Shown in pieces: positions 51,643 to 53,719 of a stretch of 53,719 nt of DNA; within the stretch, counting starts at the first letter, position 1; every line of letters starts with the position of its first letter. Both the position numbers and the translations under genes were made by a program. The stretch is from NCBI GenBank assembly GCA_028286525.1, contig JAQBRL010000021.1, forward strand, positions 1 to 53,719. The letters are read 5' to 3'. The DNA comes from Parcubacteria group bacterium. GTDB lineage: Bacteria > Patescibacteriota > Minisyncoccia > Phycocordibacterales > Phycocordibacteraceae. The notes under the pieces were generated by a model. The model was given only the letters and a program-made list of their open reading frames with translations. It was not told the DNA's origin and ran no database searches.

Positions 51643-52908
51643 ATGGACGACGAATTGCAGATTCCCAAGGAGCGCACTCCGTTCGCGAGAACGGTGAAGC
51701 TCGGCATCGCGTTCGCGCTCGTGCTCGTCGTCGGGTTCGTGGGCGGCATGAGCGTGTCCGCTGCAGGCGGCACGAAGCTCCTCTCGAGCATCCCGCTCAT
51801 CGGCGACGGACTCGATGCCACGCCTTCGACCGATGCGAACTTCGAGGATTTCTGGAAAGTCTGGAATGCGCTGGGTAATCGCTTCGTCGAGACCCATGCC
51901 TCGAGCACGATACCGGATACCAAAGGCAAGATGTGGGGCGCGATACAGGGCCTCACGGCTTCCTATGGCGACCCGTACACCGTGTTCTTCCCGCCGACCC
52001 AGGCGAAAGCGTTCCAAGAAGAGGTGACCGGTAACTTCGGCGGCATTGGTGCCGAGCTGGGCGAGAGCAAGGACAACATCCTCACCATCATCGCGCCGCT
52101 CAAGGGCTCTCCGGCAGAGAAGGCGGGACTGCGCGCCGGTGATCTGGTCATCGCTATCGATGGTAAATCCACCGAAGGGCTTTCCACCGATGCGGCAGTG
52201 AGCAAGATACGCGGAACGGTAGGTACGGTCGTAAAGCTCACTATCGTACGGGACCAGAAGACGCAGGACATCAGCGTGACGCGCGATACGATCCAAGTGC
52301 CGACTATCGAGAATTCATACGACGCGAAGACCGGCGTGTACTACATCGCGCTCTACCAATTCACGGAGACGAGCGGCGCGCAGTTCGGCAAAGCCTTCAA
52401 GGAGTTCCAGGCGTCCGGCTCCAAGAAACTCATACTCGACCTACGCGGCGACCCGGGTGGCTACCTCGACCAAGCGACGCTCATCGCCGGGTACTTCCTT
52501 CCGAAGGGACAGACCGTCGTAACGGAAGACTATAAAGGGAAGCAGGAAAATATCGTGCATAAGAGCCCAGGGCAGGGCGGACTCCCCGCGGGCACGCAGA
52601 TAGCGGTACTCATCGACCAGGGCTCGGCCTCGGCAAGCGAGATCCTCGCAGGCGCGCTTCAGGACACGCACACGGCGACGCTCATCGGCACGCGCTCATT
52701 CGGCAAGGGTTCCGTACAGGAGCTCATCGATGTGGACGGCGGCTCGCTGAAGATTACGGTCGCGCGCTGGCTCACGCCGAACGGTCGCTCCATCAGCGAC
52801 GGTGGCCTTACCGCTGATATCAAGGCCGACCGTACCGCTGCTGATGCTGCTGCGGGGAAGGATCCTCAGAAGGACAGGGCCGTTCAGTTCCTCACCACCG
52901 GCAAATAA
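51643..52908 (+). CDS. Carboxy-terminal processing peptidase (S41)
   Basis: TM anchor, a PDZ domain (GSPAEKAGLRAGDLVIAIDG), GSASASEILAGAL and FGKGSVQ. TATACT lies 8 nt before the ATG. Confidence 0.9.
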   Translation: MDDELQIPKERTPFARTVKLGIAFALVLVVGFVGGMSVSAAGGTKLLSSIPLIGDGLDATPSTDANFEDFWKVWNALGNRFVETHASSTIPDTKGKMWGAIQGLTASYGDPYTVFFPPTQAKAFQEEVTGNFGGIGAELGESKDNILTIIAPLKGSPAEKAGLRAGDLVIAIDGKSTEGLSTDAAVSKIRGTVGTVVKLTIVRDQKTQDISVTRDTIQVPTIENSYDAKTGVYYIALYQFTETSGAQFGKAFKEFQASGSKKLILDLRGDPGGYLDQATLIAGYFLPKGQTVVTEDYKGKQENIVHKSPGQGGLPAGTQIAVLIDQGSASASEILAGALQDTHTATLIGTRSFGKGSVQELIDVDGGSLKITVARWLTPNGRSISDGGLTADIKADRTAADAAAGKDPQKDRAVQFLTTGK

Positions 52909-52916
52909 AGGCGCTC

Positions 52917-53092
52917 GGGTGTTCGATTCGAGGGTACGCGTCGGCGGCCTGCGTGCCGCCGCACTCGCGCTCGTTCGCGCAACCGGCATGGGGACATGCC
53001 GGACCATGCTTGCGTCCCGCGCAGACGCAGGACGGCCCTACTCGAGGACGATAGAGCCGCTCACTGTGCGAGCCCCTCGAATCGAATCACCC
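52917..53092. other. ~175-nt long imperfect hairpin (H2) between the S41 peptidase gene and rplI
   Basis: Outer arms GGGTGTTCGATTCGAGGG (52917-34) and CCCCTCGAATCGAATCACCC (53073-92). Apex CCGGCATG-GGGA-CATGCCGG (52983-53002). Partial pairing in between. Confidence 0.5.
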
Positions 53093-53170
53093 TCGCTTAG
53101 GGTAAAGCGTTTTGAACGCACTCCGTGAAAAGTTGCGTATTTAAGGCCTAGAAGCTAGGATAGGGGAACT

Positions 53171-53596
53171 ATGAAAGTCGTACTGCTGAAAGACGTTCGC
53201 GATACGGGCCGCGCCCACTCGGTAATCGAGGTGGCGGACGGGCACGCCCTTAACTTTCTTATCCCTCGCAAGCTCGCCGTGCCTGCAACCGCCACGAACC
53301 TCAAATTCGCTGAGGGTAAGCAGAAACAGGTTGCCGACCGCCGTGAGCTCGACCGCTCGCTCGTGGCCGAGCGCATCGCTGCGCTTGCAGAAGGGAAGGT
53401 GACCATCACCAAGAAGGCGAACGAACAGGGACATCTTTATGACGGCGTGGACGCTGCAGAAATCGCTGAAGCAGCGCAGCTGCCGGAAGACGCTATCAAG
53501 CTCGAGAAGCCCATCAAGGAAATCGGTACCCATGAGGTAGCGGTTGCCATAGGGGAGGAGTTCGGCAAGATCACTGTCGAGATCGTCGCTGAATAA
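53171..53596 (+). CDS. rplI: 50S ribosomal protein L9
   Basis: MKVVLLKDVRDTGRAHSVIEVADGHALNFLIPRKLA.. Confidence 0.95.
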   Translation: MKVVLLKDVRDTGRAHSVIEVADGHALNFLIPRKLAVPATATNLKFAEGKQKQVADRRELDRSLVAERIAALAEGKVTITKKANEQGHLYDGVDAAEIAEAAQLPEDAIKLEKPIKEIGTHEVAVAIGEEFGKITVEIVAE

Positions 53597-53615
53597 AGTT
53601 CGGGCGAGGTATATC

Positions 53616-53643
53616 AAAAGGCCGCGCATCGCTGCGCGGCCTT
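53616..53643. terminator. Hairpin between rplI and a convergent partial gene
   Basis: AAAAGGCCGCGC-ATCGCT-GCGCGGCCTT. Confidence 0.5.
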
Positions 53644-53650
53644 CGACGAT

Positions 53651-53719
53651 TTAGAACTTGCCTGGCGTGCGGGTCACCCATCCCCAGAACCGGATAGTCA
53701 TAAGCATGAGCGCGAACAC
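53651..53719 (-). CDS. C-terminal fragment of a gene running off the window
   Basis: The minus frame reads ..VFALMLMTIRFWGWVTRTPGKF*. Only 22 codons are visible. Confidence 0.25.
   Translation of the reverse strand: MFALMLMTIRFWGWVTRTPGKF

Overview
53.7-kb bacterial window, roughly 58-60% GC by eye but compositionally mosaic. The backbone is a compact housekeeping segment: ECF sigma/anti-sigma, grx, hpf, def-fmt, murA, two mreB copies, mreC/mreD-like/mrdA, holB-like, frr, a sigma-70, rseP, proS, greA, mraZ-rsmH-ftsL-ftsI-murF, a dnaA-like gene, truB, yqeY, rmuC, rplU, recR, dnaB, cysS, corA, an S41 protease, rplI and tRNA-Glu(CUC). The P-loop-less delta', short MurF, many tiny membrane proteins and an intron in a tRNA are reminiscent of CPR/Patescibacteria; this is inference only. 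Main points: (1) tRNA-Asn(GUU) is split by a 555-nt IC3-like group I intron carrying an HNH endonuclease ORF. (2) Directly 3' of that tRNA lies a ~3.5-kb accessory array. Seven copies of a ~38-bp tRNA-3'-end-like direct repeat separate self-contained promoter-ORF-terminator cassettes. The cassettes include two proteins sharing a CxCxCHD...CCxY cysteine motif, a SAM methyltransferase and membrane proteins. This is my best candidate for an undescribed system. (3) At least 16 backbone genes have a TATACT-like -10 box 6-9 nt before the start codon and no SD, which suggests leaderless mRNAs. A dispersed set of very GC-rich monocistronic genes uses classical SD sites instead and looks foreign. That set comprises a PEPxxWA-CTERM protein, two beta-barrel OMP-like proteins, small secreted proteins and a divergent DnaA. 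(4) A promoter-to-terminator ~310-nt structured non-coding unit sits in front of def-fmt, and there are three long nested-hairpin elements. No CRISPR array, rRNA, transposase or integrase was seen. All family assignments come from motif recognition by eye, not from searches.
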